Assembly (NCBI GenBank): GCA_951406725.2
Contig: OX597816.1
Location: 158,658,001 to 158,722,000 of the forward strand
DNA length: 64,000 bases
Direction: 5' to 3'
Source: Octopus vulgaris
Lineage: Eukaryota
Position 1 is the stretch's first letter, and every line of letters starts with the position of its first letter. The notes below the pieces were generated by a model that saw only the letters and a list, made by a program, of their open reading frames with translations, was not told where the DNA came from and ran no database searches. Of this stretch, positions 26,020 through 39,831 are shown piece by piece. The translations under genes and the position numbers were made by a program.

Positions 26020-26400
26020 TTGATGCCAGAAAATAGTGCATTAGCAGGCATGAAAACAAGAAAAGAAGTTTCAAGGGCTACTATGAAGAAGGAAGAGCAT
26101 GGATTGGCCACAACATAAAGAGCTATGGAAAGATCTACACTAGGAAGATCATTGTGAGAGCATATATAAAGTGGAATAAATGACGTGATATCAGGGTACC
26201 GAAAGCAAAAGTTTCACTGGGCTGGTCATGATTCAATGGTCACAGAGAACAGGTGGACCTGTGCAGTTGTATCCAAGAGATTGGAAAGGCAACTTGGAAG
26301 ACCTTCACAATGATGGAAAGATGATTTAGTTAAACGATTTGGGCCAATATGGAAAAAAAGGGTGATTTCATCAAAGAACTGGAAGCACACTGAGACAAGT
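26020..26400 (+). mobile_element. Degenerate RTE LINE RT C-terminal fragment
   Basis: Frameshifted RAMERS.LG, HWAGH, NRWT, PRDWKR.LGRP motifs. Confidence 0.55.
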
Positions 26401-26439
26401 GGTGTATAACAACATATGATAGTTTGATCAATGCAGGTT

Positions 26440-27070
26440 TTGTGTGGTAAGTAGCTTGCCTACCAACCACATGGTTCTAGGTTCAGTCCCACTGTGTGGC
26501 ACCTTGGACAAGTGTCTTCTACTATAGCCTTGGACTGACCAAAGCCTTATGAGAGGATTTGGTAGATGAAAACTGAAAGAAGCCTGTTGTCATCATCATC
26601 ATCGTTTAACGACTCCTTTCCATTCTGGCATGGGTTGGATGATTTGCCTGAGGTCTGGCGAACCAGATGGCTGCACCAGGCTCCAATCTGATCTAGCAGA
26701 GTTTCTACAGCTGGATGCACTTCCTAACACCAACCACTCTAAGAGTGTAGTAGGTGCGTTTATGTGCCACCAGCATGAGGGCCAGTCAAGTAGTACTGGC
26801 AATGGTCACGCTCAAATGGTGCTTTTTACATGCCACCTGCACAGAAGCCAATCCAGCGGCACTGGCAACGACCTCGTTCAAATTTTTTTTACGTGCCACC
26901 AGTACAAGTTGCCAGTAAGGCAACACAGGTAATGCTTACACTCGAATGGTGCTTTTAACGTTCCACTGGCATGGTGGCCAGCTTGTTGCTCTGGCAATGA
27001 TCACACTCATATAGTACTCTTAGCGCTCCACTAGCACGGATGCCAGTCATCGAATTTGATTTTGTTTTCT

Positions 27071-27109
<39 letters not shown>

Positions 27110-27315
27110 GTGTGTCAGTGTTTGTCTCCCCACCATCACTTGAACAACTGATGTTGGTGTGTTTATGTCCCCGTAACTTAGCGGTTCAGCAAAAGTGACC
27201 GAGAGAATAAGTACTAGACTTACAAAGGATAAGTCCTGGGGTCAATTTGTTCAACTAAAAGTCGTGCTCCAGCATGACCGCAGTCATATGACTGAGCCAA
27301 GTAAAAGAATAAGAG
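26440..27315 (+). mobile_element. SINE family A interrupted by a minus-strand RTE-tail repeat (26590-27070)
   Basis: SINE head 26440-26590 resumes at about 27075 after the inserted (CAT)n-starting element. Confidence 0.75.
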
Positions 27316-27519
27316 TTATTGGTGAGGGATTTTCAAACCAGGCAAAATACTTCATAAGCTCTGTTTGCACACCAGGCTGACAATATTGTATAGATTAGCA
27401 AAGAACTCCAAGTGTTCTTGTGGCAGGGTCAAAGGTTATAGTTCATCACCATTCTATATTGTGAATCCATGCAAGACAAAGTATAAATAATGGACATTAC
27501 ACATTTTCCCCTTATCCCT

Positions 27520-27838
27520 TGTGACATATTCAGAAAACAATGTTGAAAAGCATCAAGAAACTAGGGAGGCATTCCATGTTTCAACATGATCCTAAATACA
27601 CTTCAAAAACGATGACCAAGTTTTTATCAGATAAAAAGATAAAGGTATAGAATATCTGTGGTGTGTTTTGAAAAGGAAGGTTGAGGAGAAAATACCCACA
27701 CTGTAACACAGATGAAAGACATTATTCAGGATGAATGGAGGTTGATTTCATTGGTCATATGTGGAAATTTAGTTGTCTCTATGCCCACAAATCTTAATGC
27801 GGTCATTGAAATCAAGGACGGTAATACCAAATATTGAA
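27520..27838 (+). mobile_element. Tc1-like transposase C-terminal remnant
   Basis: FQHD-PKYTSK...IEYLWCVLKRKVEE...DIIQDEW...SMP..LNAVIE..GNTKY stop. Confidence 0.7.
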
Positions 27839-27865
27839 TATAGCAAATAACCCTTTAGAGTGTAC

Positions 27866-28643
27866 ATATTTTTGTGTGAACGTGACCTGGGTGTTATTGT
27901 TGACAGTGATTTGCGTTGGACAAAACACATCGCTAAAATTGTCAAGAAGGCTGAGGGTGTCTTGGCATCACTCACCAAATCCTTTGTGAGCCGCTCTCCG
28001 ACTATCTTTCTGCGGCTTTATATAGCTATGGTAAGACCTCACCTGGAATTTGCATCACCAGTCTGGAACCCCTATCTTTCCCAGGATATCAATCATCTGG
28101 AAGCCGTTCAGTGACGTGCAACCAAAAGAATACCCTCCATCAGGCATTTGCCATATTCTGAATGCCTTACTTTCCTGGGTATGGACACATTGAAACTCCG
28201 ACATCTGGCAGCTGACTTGGCAGACACCCATAAAATTATCAACCATCTCACAAACAATAACTCTGAGCACCTTTTCAAACTCCACCTGTCTAGCACCCGT
28301 GGACATATTTACAAAGTAAGAAAACAGCACAGCTCCCATGACTTTAGGAAACATTTTTTCAAGCTGAGAGTTGCTGAAGCATGGAACAAACTGCCGGCAT
28401 CGGTTGTTAGTTGTCGGAGCACTGCATCCTTCAAAACTTCCATGCTTTCTGAGATTCGCCAACACTACACCTGATTTCCTCCCCTACATACACACACAAG
28501 CATGTATCTGACTCATACATTGTTCGCTTTCCAGACATTTGTACATTACTGCATACACTTTATACGCACTTTCTGACAAGTTGTGGTGCACCTGAGTACT
28601 GTATACAATAATTTCATTATTATTATTATTATTATTATTATTA
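27866..28643 (+). mobile_element. CR1-clade LINE 3' end (RT C-terminus, 3' UTR, (ATT)n tail)
   Basis: ERDLGVIVDSDLRW...LYIAMVRPHLEFASPVWNP...FRKHFFKLRVAEAWNKLP; premature stop; ATT tail. Confidence 0.9.
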
Positions 28644-28815
28644 ATATTTCATTAATATCTTTGAAAATGTTTATTGTTTTGTATTCCAAATTTGTATAAT
28701 ATTTGCATGTATAATATAATTTACTCAGAATAAATTTTGTTTCATTTCCTTCAATATTATCAGAGTAATGACAATTTTCCTGAAATTTTTTAGGGGTATA
28801 CATACTTCTGAGAAT

Positions 28816-28856
<41 letters not shown>

Positions 28857-28959
28857 TAAGAGAGTGGTCACTATGTGGCTCACTCTAGTACTAGAAATAG
28901 ATCCAATAGGTTTCAACCACAAAATAAATGTATCTAATTCTCTCACCCTTATTAATTAA

Positions 28960-29009
<50 letters not shown>

Positions 29010-29319
29010 CACACACAAAATTATTTGAAACATAATCCATTAATCAGAGGTTAAAAGATATTTCTAAATCAATGAGAAACACAGCTCTTACTGCAACTGT
29101 GTTAACAGGGCCTTAAATGTCAAGTAATTCACATACACACACAGACTTTACATTAAAGTCTATATAGCCACTGACAATAGCTACAGTATCAAACATATGT
29201 TTCAAAATTCTATTTGACTTTTCCCTTGTATGTCAGTCAGTAGACAAGTCTGACTAACATTTCATTTTCTTAATCAAACAAATTTAAACAATGGTGATTT
29301 ACAAATGTGACAGAAGCAA

Positions 29320-30130
29320 ATGACAGAGGTGGAGGTGGAGGAGGAGGAAGTAAAAGAAGTAGCTAGAGGGGAAAAAGAAAGAGAAACAGTTAAATGGTGA
29401 AGGAGAAAGAGCTTAGAGGAAAAAAGATGAAGGTAGGGAGAGAGTAAGAGAGGGAGAGGGAGAAAGAACTAGAATGAAAAGATGGAGTTGAGCGATAAGA
29501 AGAAGAAGAAGGAGCTAGAAGAAAAAGAAGCTAGAAGAAGAAGAAGAAGGGGGGGAGAAGAAGCTGGGGTGGAGAAGAAGAGGAAGAAGGGGGGAGGAGA
29601 AGAAGCTGGGGTGGAGAAGAAGAGGAAGAAGGGGGAGGAGAAGAAGCTGGGGTGGAGAAGAAGAGGAAGAAGGGGAAGAGGAGGAGGAGAAGTAGGGAGA
29701 AGATGAGAAGGAGGAGAAGAGGAAGAAGAAGAAGGGGGAGGAGAAGAAGCTGGGGTGGAGAAGAAGAAGAAGGGGGGAGGAGAAGAAGCTGGGGTGGAGA
29801 AGAAGAGGAAGAAGGGGGGAGGAGAAGAAGCTGGGGTGGAGAAGAAGAGGAAGAAGGGGAAGAGGAGGAGGAGAAGTAGGGAGAAGACGAGAAGGAGGAG
29901 AAGAGGAAGAAGAAGGGGGAGGAGAAGAAGCTGGGGTGGAGAAGAAGAAGGGGAAGAGGAGGAGAAGTAGGGAGAAGAAGATGGGGAGGAGGAGGAGAAG
30001 AAGAAGAAGAAGAAGAAGAAGAAGAAGAAGAAGAAGAAGAAGAAGGGAGAAGAAGGAGAAGGGAGAAGAAGGAGAAGTTAGAAGAAAAAGAAGAATCTAG
30101 AAGAAAAAGAAGAAGCTAACAGAAGAAGCA
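29320..30130. repeat. Polypurine tract with ~33-36-bp minisatellite and (GAA)n
   Basis: gaagaagctggggtggagaagaagaggaagaaggggg repeated about 7 times. Confidence 0.92.
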
Positions 30131-31685
30131 ACAAGAGCATTCTATGAGAACTAGAATGGCTATAACAAATGTAGAATGGAAAGATGTGTGGATCTTTGTT
30201 TTTGTATTCTTGTCCCCAACTCACTCCATCCCTGCCACCATGGATGAAACAGCTTGCTTGACCTCATTTATCCTAACACAGTTGTAACAAATTGTTTATT
30301 GTCTTTTTTTATTTAAAGATAAGATAAATAAAAAAAGTTTTCTTTTCATTTTTTTTTTTTATTTTGTTTCACCTGCTTTAAATCAACTGACACAAAGAGA
30401 AAATGAAAGAAAATCAATAACTTATAATTGTTGTTGTTGTTGTTGTTGTTATTGCTGTTGTTTTAGTGCACAGCCCACCTGTCCCTGGAGGCAGACCCCC
30501 CCCCCATCACCACCACCACCACCACCACCACCACCACCACATACTCCCCGGGCCTTTATATTTTGTTTAGTTTCTGAACGCTAAGTTTGGAGAAAGTGAA
30601 ATGCTGATGGCATTTGCAGCCACCACTACAGCTGCCACCGCCGCCAGCACCACCACCACCACCACCACTGCCTCCTCCACCACCACCACCACCACCCTGT
30701 TGACCAGCGATGTTTGGCTTAAACTGTTGTTGCAAGTTGACACTTGTAAGGAAAAACATGACCATGGAAAGAGTTTCTGATGCAACAGATCTATTATTAG
30801 AAGCATTCCAGCCATGACCATCTAAACTTTTTTTCAGGCATACAGTATCTTGTAAACACTGCTCATTAGATTCTTTTTTTGTTTTTTTTTAAGGTATTAG
30901 CTACAATGTCAGGAGAGGATTGGAGTTGGCTGCTATTTCCAGCAGACTGAGCAACCACATAGAGGCTCCTGTAGTAGCTTGTGATGATGGTGTTGGTAAT
31001 ATTGAGTATGACCTGTGAGCAAAGTTATTCCAAATTTTTCTTTTAGGCATTATAGGTGCAGGAATGGTTGTGTGGCAAGAAATTTGCTTAAGAAATTTAC
31101 TTCTCAACCACCTGCTCTCTGGTTCAGTTCCACTATGTGGCACCTTGGCTAAGTGGCTTTTACTATAGCCCTAGGTCAACGAAAGCCTCATGAATGGTTT
31201 TGTTTCAACAAAAACTGAAAGAAGCCCATCATAAAACTTTTTTTTACTTGTTTCAGACATTTGACTGTGGCCATGCCGGGGCACCATCTTGAAGGGCTTT
31301 TAGTTAAGCAAATTGATCCCGGGACTTTTTTTTTAAAGCTTGGCACTTATTCTATGGGTCTCTTTTGCCAAACCACTAAGTTACAATAATGTAAACACAC
31401 CAACACCAGTTGCCAAGTGGTGATGGAGAACAAACACAGGCACATGCATACATATATTATTTAAAAAAACACCAATATATGTTTTTATGTGCTAATATTA
31501 GTTTCATGTAATGAAAGCATGTCAGGCAGTACTTTTTAACATGTCTGGTGCCTTACTACAATCTTCAGGCACCAGACATATTAAAAAATACTATCTTTCA
31601 TTGCATAAAACTAATGTTAGCACATAAAAACATAAAAAAACCCGTCTCAGTGGTGTCAGGATTCAGATTTTTCTTTGTCTCCTCA

Positions 31686-31965
31686 TCCGATCAAAGGAAC
31701 AGCTTGCTCATGAGATTAACGTGCAAGTGGCTGAGCACCCCACAGACACATGTACCCATAACACAGTTCTCAGAGGTTCAGTGTGACACAGAATGTGACA
31801 AGGCTGGCCATTTGAAATACAGGCACAACTCATTTTCACCAGCTGAGTGAACCGGAGCAATTCGAAATAAAATGTCCTGCTTAAGAACAAAATGCGCAGC
31901 CAGGAATCCAACTCCCGACCCTACGATCGCAAGTCGAATACCCTAACCAAGCCACGTGCCTTCAC
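31686..31965 (-). mobile_element. tRNA-derived SINE family B/C
   Basis: Minus-strand head ggcacgtggcttggttagggtattcgacttgcgatcgtagg; body shared with 36497-36788, 48170-48415 and 58224-58612. Confidence 0.75.
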
Positions 31966-32869
31966 GATGTATCTAATAAGCACCTGGGTTACGTCATGTA
32001 AAAGCACCCAGCACACTCTGTAAAGTGGTTGGTGTTAGGAAGAGCATCCAGTAGCAGAAACCATGCCAAATCAGACTGGAGTCTGGTGCAGCTCCCAAGC
32101 TCTGGTCAAACCATCCAACCCATGCCAGTATGTAAAATGGACGTTAAAAGATGATGACAATGATGATGATAATGTGTATGTGTGTGTATAAGTGTACAAG
32201 TGTGTGTATGTTTGTCTCCTCATCTTGACATTGCACAATAGTTGTAAACGGATGGCTAAATATGTAGGTTTACAGGTAAACGTGTGTGCTGTGTTTGTGA
32301 GTGTCTCTTTGCTTTGACTTTATGCTACGGTTGTAAACAGGTGGATAAGCATGTAGGTAAATGCGTAGGTGTGTGTCTCTTTGTTTTGACTTTACACTAT
32401 AGATGTCAACGGATAGATAAGTATGTAGGTATGTAGGGAAATGTGTGGGTGTGTGCCTCTTTGCCTTGACTTTACGCAATAGTTGTAAGCAAGCATCACT
32501 GTAATATATAAAATCTCATTTTTTTTCCAATTTTCTATGAAAAAAATGTCCAGCTGGCCATAGGAAATGTACCTCAATGAATTCCAGCTGACCCATGCAA
32601 GACATGGAAGAGTGGATGTTAAAAAAAACCGATGAAGATGAGAAGGATTAATGATGCATAAGGATTAACTCAAGTCCCAAAGATTAGAAGGTTAGTTATA
32701 CTTTGAAGAATAATCATTATTCAACATCCATTTTCCAAGCTGTCATGGGTTGGACAGCTTGACAGGAGCTGGTAAGGACAGGATCCACACTAGGTTCCAT
32801 TTATCTGTTTTAGTATGTTTTCTATGGCTGGATGCCCCTCCTAACACCAACTACTTTATGGAGTGCACT

Positions 32870-33460
32870 AGCTATGTTTTACGTGGCACCATTACCAGTG
32901 CTTTTCATAAACCACCATCACCAATGCTTTTCATGTGGTACCAGCACCAGTGCTTTTTATGTGGTACCAGCACCAGTGCTTTGCATGTGGTACCAGCACC
33001 AGTGCTTTGCATGTGGTACCAGCACCAGTGCTATTTATGTGGTACCAGCACCAGTGCTTTTCATGTGGTACCAGCACCAGTGCTTTTCATGTGGTACCAG
33101 CACCAGTGCTTTTTATGTGGTACCAGCAGCAGTGCTTTTTATGTGGTACCAGCACCAGTGCTTTTCATGTGGTACCAGCACCAGTGCTTTTTATGTGGTA
33201 CCAGCACCATTGCTTTTCATGTGGTACCAGCACCAGTGCTTTTTATGTGGTACCAGCACCAGTGCTTTTTATGTGGTACCAGCACCAGTGCTTTTTATGT
33301 GGTACCAGCACCAGTGCTTTTCATGTGGTACCAGCACCAGTGCTTTTTATGTGGTACCAGCACCAGTGCTTTTCATGTGGTACCAGCAGCAGTGCTTTTT
33401 ATGTGGTACCAGCACCAGTGCTTTTTATGTGGTACCAGCACCATTGCTTTTTACATGATA
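32870..33460. repeat. 26-bp minisatellite (about 22 units) derived from RTE-tail internal repeat
   Basis: gtgctttttatgtggtaccagcacca unit. Confidence 0.93.
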
Positions 33461-33526
33461 CCTTCACTAATGTAAGTATAACTAACCTTCCAATTCTTGG
33501 GACTTGAGTTAATCTTTTTGCATCAT

Positions 33527-33931
33527 AGATGTAGAAGTGGTTGTGTGGTAAGTAGCTTGCTTACGAACCACATGGTTCTGGGCTCAGTCCCACTGCATGG
33601 CACCTTGGGCAAGTGTTTTCTACTATAGCCTTGGGCTAACCAAAGCCTTGTGAGTGGATTTGGTAGACGGAAACTGAAAGAAGCCTGTCGTATATATGTA
33701 TATACATATATGTATATATGTGTATATCTTTGAGTGTCTGTGTTTGTCCCCCCAACATCGCTTGACAACTGATGCTGGTGTGTTTACGTCCCCGTAACTT
33801 AGCAGTTTGGCAAAAGAGCCTGATGCAATAAGTACTAGGCTTACAAAGAATAAGTCCTGGGTTCGATTTGCTCAACTAAAAGGTCGTGCTCCAGCATGGC
33901 CACAGTCAAATGACTGAAACAAGTAAAAGAG
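33527..33931 (+). mobile_element. SINE family A
   Basis: Homology to 1786-2210. Confidence 0.88.
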
Positions 33932-34345
33932 TGCTTTTTACATGGCACCATCACCAGTGCTTTTCATGTGGCACAAGCACCATTGCTTTTTACATGGCAC
34001 CATCACCAGTGCTTTTAATGTGGCACAAGCACCATTGCTTTTTACATGGCACCATCACCAGTGCTTTTAATGTGGCACAAGCACCATTGCTTTTTACATG
34101 GCACCATCACCAGTGCTTTTAATGTGGCACAAGCACCATTGCTTTTTACATGGCACCATCACCAGTGCTTTTAATGTGGCACAAGCACCATTGCTTTTTA
34201 CATGGCACCATCACCAGTGCTTTTAATGTGGCACAAGCACCAGTGCTTTTTACATGGCACCATCACCAGTGCTTTTCATGTGGCACAAGCACCAGTGCTT
34301 TTTATGTAGAACAAGCCCCAGTGCTTTTTACGTAACACCAGCACT
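33931..34345. repeat. Higher-order (~51-bp dimer) minisatellite
   Basis: Alternating tacatggcaccatcacca and atgtggcacaagcacca variants. Confidence 0.9.
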
Positions 34346-35062
34346 TATTATTATTGTATACTGAAAATCCCTTAGTTAAGCTTCATGCAAGCTATATTTC
34401 TCAGATGATCTGGTATACATCCACAGAGATGTTCCTGGCCTTGTAGGAAGTGTGAGTGTGTGTGAGTATGGGGTCTTTCAACACTTGACTTCTTTGCCTT
34501 GTTGATCCACAAAAAAAAAAAAAAAATTGAGGGAGGGTGTACCAATTACATTGACCCCCAATGCTCTATTATTATTTTCTCAACCCCAAAAGGACAAAAA
34601 GTAAAACTGACCTCAGTGTAATTTGAACTCAAAACAAAGACAGACGAAATGTTGCTAAGCATTTTGTCCAGCATCCTAATGATTCTGCCAGCTTGTTGCC
34701 TTAATGTAATTATCAATAATGACAGCAACTTACGTAACATAATTATCAATAATCAATAACAGTCATTATATAACATAATTATTAATGTTTAAGAATGGCT
34801 GTTATAATCACATAATAATCACATGATGATGATGATGGTGGTCACACCCGTCGATTTCAAGGTCTGAGTGTTTGAATAAAAGAATTAACAACAAAAGAAG
34901 CATCATCCATTTGCGATGGATGTGAGATTGTAATTTGAGTCCAGGAATGGATTGAGTCACAATGGGGATAATGATGGTTTTGATTTTGCCTGGGATGGGA
35001 CAAATGCGTCTGTTGATTGCAAGATATAATTCTTTTATGATGATAATAATAATAATAGAATA

Positions 35063-35478
35063 GGCGCAGGAGTGGCTGTGTGATAAGTAGCTTGCTTACC
35101 AGCCACATAGATCCGGGTTCAGTCCCACTGCGTGGCACCTTGGGCAAGTGTTTTCTACTATAGCCTCGGGCCGACCAAAGCCTTGTGAGTGGATTTGGTA
35201 GATGGAAACTGAAAGAAGCCCGTCGTATATATGTATATATATATATATATGTGTGTGTGTGCGTGTGTGTTTGTGTGTCTGTGTTGGTCCCCCTAGCATT
35301 GCTTGACAACCGATGCTGGTGTGTTTATGTCCCCGTCGCTTAGCAGTTCGGCAAAAGAGACTGATAGAATAAGTACTGGGCTTACAAAGAATAAGTCCCG
35401 GGGTCGAGTTGCTCGACTAAAGGCGGTGCTCCAGCATGGCCGCAGTCAAATGACTGAAACAAGTAAAAGAGTAAAGAG
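35063..35478 (+). mobile_element. SINE family A, young copy
   Basis: Full head and tail; CpGs retained. Confidence 0.9.
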
Positions 35479-35935
35479 AGACAGCACATCAGAAAGTGAT
35501 AAGTACAGAATCTGTGGACAAAACGGTGAAACCGTTTGGCATATTACCAGCCAATGTATGCCACTAGCCCAGAAGGAATATAGGAGACATCACGACAATA
35601 TAGCCAGGCTTGTCCATGGGACACTTTGCAACAAGTATGGACATGACAGAGCGAAAAATTGGTACGACCACAAACCTGAAGACATTGTCGAAAATAAAAA
35701 TTCTATTGGATTTTATGATTCAGTACGACCATGAGATTTTTAATAGGAAGCCGGATATAGTCTTAATTGAGAAAGAAAACAAACTATGCTGGAACATTGA
35801 TATAGCATGCGCAACTGACAACAAGGTGTGCAATAAGGAAGAAAGAAAAGTTGAGAGATATGACAGGTTAGCTTGGGAAGTTAAGCAGTTGTGGTCGATG
35901 AAAAAGATAGCAGTAGTACCAATAATTGTTGGAGT
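35479..35935 (+). mobile_element. R4/Dong-like non-LTR fragment (zinc knuckle plus RLE endonuclease)
   Basis: RICGQNGETVWHITSQC...HDNIA...RKPDIVLIEK...IDIAC...VVPIIVG; frameshifted. Confidence 0.8.
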
Positions 35936-36496
35936 CAATGGACATTAAATGATGATGACGATGAGATATATATATATATATATATATAGCTGTAAGATCT
36001 AATTTATACTTATATTTACTTGTATTTATATATATTCTACTTATTATACAACATTACTCTTTTATGTACACTTTTTTATGTACATTCCTTTATGTCCATT
36101 GATTTGTTCTGCTTTTTATATTTAACCCTACAGTCTCTTATGTGGTGGTTTAATAAAGTATGTGATTGAGTATTATCTGGTAATTGATATTTGATTTAGA
36201 TGTATTTCTCCAGTTTCTTATCTTGTATTAGTAATTTGTGGTAAATCATTTTACCTTTGCCCATATAATACAGTAAATGAATTGATTGCATTGCAATCAT
36301 TAACATTTATGTATTAACTTTGTTGGGTACTTCACTAGCAGTATATTGGATATACGTTATCCCATAGAGGGTTGCATTTACAACCCCTATCTCAATTTGT
36401 ATATATATATATATATATATATTTACACATACATACACACACACACACACACACAATAATCTTATACATACAACTGACACTGTCAGGTATGAAGAC

Positions 36497-36788
36497 AAGG
36501 CTTCCAGTTGATCTGATCAATGGAACAGCCTGCTTGTGAAATTAACGTGCAAGTGGCTGAGTACCCCATAGACACATGTACCCCTAACATAGATCTCAGG
36601 GAGAATCAGCGTGATACCAAGTGTGACAAGGATGGCCCTTTGAAATACAGGTATAACACATTTTCGCCAGCTGAATTGATGGGAGCAATGTGAAATAAAA
36701 CTCAAGGACATAATACGCTACTGGGAATTGAACTCATGACCTTACAACTGTGAGCTGAATACCCTAACCACAAAGCCACGTGTCTTCT
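36497..36788 (-). mobile_element. tRNA-derived SINE family B/C
   Basis: Homologous to 31686-31965. Confidence 0.75.
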
Positions 36789-39002
36789 CTCACTCACACA
36801 AAGCCACATAGAGAAAGACAAATACACAGACATTTAGTTTCACACAGGGACATGCTTTCTCCCTCCCCGCTCACACACACAATCATGCAGTCACCTTCTC
36901 ACAATCTCCCTCCCTTATTCACCCAATCCCTTTGTACTTTCAAAAACAAAAACAAAAAAAAAATATTAATTCTAAAACTAACGAGAGAAAAATGAAATAT
37001 TAGTTTCCATCACTGAAACTAACTGGTCAAATACTTCACCAATATCCCTTCCTTTAAACTTTCAAACTAACAATGCCATACAGTTTGTTCTACATTGTTC
37101 CCAAACAGCCAGCCACAGATATCTCACGGTTATTAGGAAGGTTTTCTCAATAAAATCCATTGTCAGCTAGGCTTCCAGGGATAAGAGAAGAATGGCGATA
37201 TTATTGTACACATGACCACAACAAATCTTTTAATCTTTAGGCACAAATGACTTTCTGAAAATATTATTGACACAAAGATATTTTGTCTTCTGATTGTAAT
37301 GCTCTGTTTTGTTAGTCACTTCATGTGTTGTTCAGGAAGTATTTCAACAATTTACAATGCTTTCACCCTACCGGCCATATATATATTGCAGAGTTGAGAT
37401 GGTTCTGTGTTGATGCTCACCAAGCTACTAAACTCTAGTAGCGACAAAGGGCATAAATGTTTGTACTTTACTTTTATATTGCGTACTTCTTTCTTCTTGT
37501 TTGCATGTGTGTGTGTGTGCATATATAAATACACACACTCACACAAATACACACACGCATATGCATACATGCACACACACACACACATATATTATATGAG
37601 CACAATGATGATAATGATGAAGATATATATACACACACACATCATCAGCATCACCACCACCATAATCTAACACCCATTTTCCATGCAAGTGTGAGTTGGA
37701 CGGTTTGACAAGAGCTGGTCAACTAGAGTGCTGTGCCAAATTCTATTACCTATGGTTTCTACAGCTAGATACCCTTCCTAATACCAACCACCTTACAGAG
37801 TGTACTGGGTGCTTTTTTTTTTCATGGCACAAGAACTGTGGGGTCACCAAGTAATTTGCAAGACAAAGTCTCCACAACTGGGAAGGGATGGAGGGATGTG
37901 GCTTTGTGCCAGATGATGAGGGGGTTAGAAAAATAACGGAGGGATAGAAATAGGTGTCTTACTGTAGAAAAGATACAAAAATATCCCAGTTGGAGGAGGA
38001 GTCTTAAAGAGAAAGATAGAGATGGTGGTAGATATGTGTCAGGACATACCCTCAAGGTACAGTGAGGAGGGGTGTGATTATAGGCGAAGTGATACAGTAT
38101 ATTGGTATGAGTGAGGGGGCTGGGGAACAGAGGGTAAGTTTCATAAGAATGTGAGGGAAGATGGTCAGATGAGACAGATGTGTCTATATACACACATCTA
38201 TCTATCTATCTATATATATATAGATAGATAGATAGACAGACAGATGTGACTATACACACACACACACACACACATTTTGAGAAGACTCATCAAGCAAAAT
38301 CACAGTCGTGGCAGATACCAGTGTCATGCAAATTGGCACCTGTGCTGGTGGCATATAAAAACACCCTGGTGTCACGTAAACAGCACCCATGCTGGTGGCA
38401 TATAAAAGCACCCATTACACTCTCGGAGTAGTTGGCGTTAGGAAGGGCATCAAGTTGTGGAAAACCATGCCAAATCAGACTGGAGTCTGGTGCAGCCTTC
38501 CAGTGTGCCAGCCCGGTCAAACCGTCCAACCCATGCCAGCATGGACAACGGATGTTAAATGACGATGATGTTATAGACATATATACATACCTTTAGGTAT
38601 ACACACACACATATATATAGAGAGAGACATATACATAGACAAACAAATACATAAGCACCCAGCACACTCTGTAAAGTGGTTGGCATTAGGAAGGGCATTC
38701 AGCCACAGAAACCATGCCAAAGCAGACACTGGAGCATGATGCAGTCCATATGACTTGGATCCTGTTGAACTGTCCAAATTATGCCAATATGGAAGTAATG
38801 AAGATGGACATTAAATGATAGTGATGGTGATGGTAAGTATAAATATGGCCATGTAGTTGAGGTGTTTGCATCCCAACACATACAGTCCTAGATACACAAG
38901 CATGGTTGTAGCTTGTATTTAAGCACTGGTAGTTTTTCTCAGCTGCATTGCAACTGGATAAAAATAAGGTAAAATATAGAAATGTGGATAACTATTTTGG
39001 GA

Positions 39003-39255
39003 CCCCGTGCCAGTGGCACATAAAAAGCACCATCCGATCGTGGCTGTTTGCCAGCCTTATCTGGCACCTATGCAGGTGACATGTAAAAAGCACCCACTAC
39101 ACTTGCGGAGTGGTTGGCGTTAGGAAGGGCATCCAGCTGTAGAAACACTGCCAGATCAGACTGGGCCTGGCGCAGCCTTCTGGCTTCCCAGACCCCAGTT
39201 GAACCATCCAACCCATGCTAGCATGGAAAATGGACGTTAAACGATGATGATGATG
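39003..39255 (+). mobile_element. RTE-tail-related repeat
   Basis: Homologous to 7518-7766. Confidence 0.8.
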
Positions 39256-39831
39256 TAGCAAGTGACCCAAGATGAAGTGGGAAAGTGTAGGTATTGCAGA
39301 TAAGAAGAAAAATCACCTGGTAGGGTGAGGGAGAGAGACCTCAAACAACTGAGGTCACATACTCTAAATGCAGCTCAAAGACCCTTTCAGGAAACAGAAT
39401 CTTACAAACACATGTGTGACTGTCCGCTTAAGAAGCTTGCTTCCTAACTATATGAGCTTGGTTTCAATCCTACTCCATGGCATCTTGAACAAGTGTCTTC
39501 AACTATAATCCCAGGCTGACCAAAACCTCATGAGTGGATTTTGTTGATGGAAACTGAAAGAAGCTCAACATGTGTGTGTGTGTGTGTGTTTTGATATCAT
39601 GTGATGATTATAAACGAGCATCGCTGTCATATAATTAATGTCCTTTTCCAGTCTTTGATGTAAAATGTGTCTGGCTCCAAGGGAATATTATTTTGCATGG
39701 AAACAAGATATATAATGAAAAGAAGAACCACAAAGTAGAAAGAGAGAAAAAAGAGAAAGGGAAAAGAAAAGGCAAAGGAAGAAGAGAAAAAAGAAGAAAA
39801 TAAAATAAAAAGAAGAAGAGTAAAGAGTTAC

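Noticed and set aside
29482-29970. Arg/Lys/Glu-rich protamine-like ORFs
   Set aside because: Polypurine minisatellite, open in several frames for compositional reasons.
30556-30765. Gly-rich minus-strand ORF as a possible exon
   Set aside because: (CCA)n repeat, no in-frame donor before the stop, and the flanking exons already join in frame.
32750-33507. Three 190-240 aa repetitive ORFs; superficially CRISPR-like periodicity
   Set aside because: Head-to-tail 26-bp minisatellite with no unique spacers, in a eukaryotic context with no cas genes.
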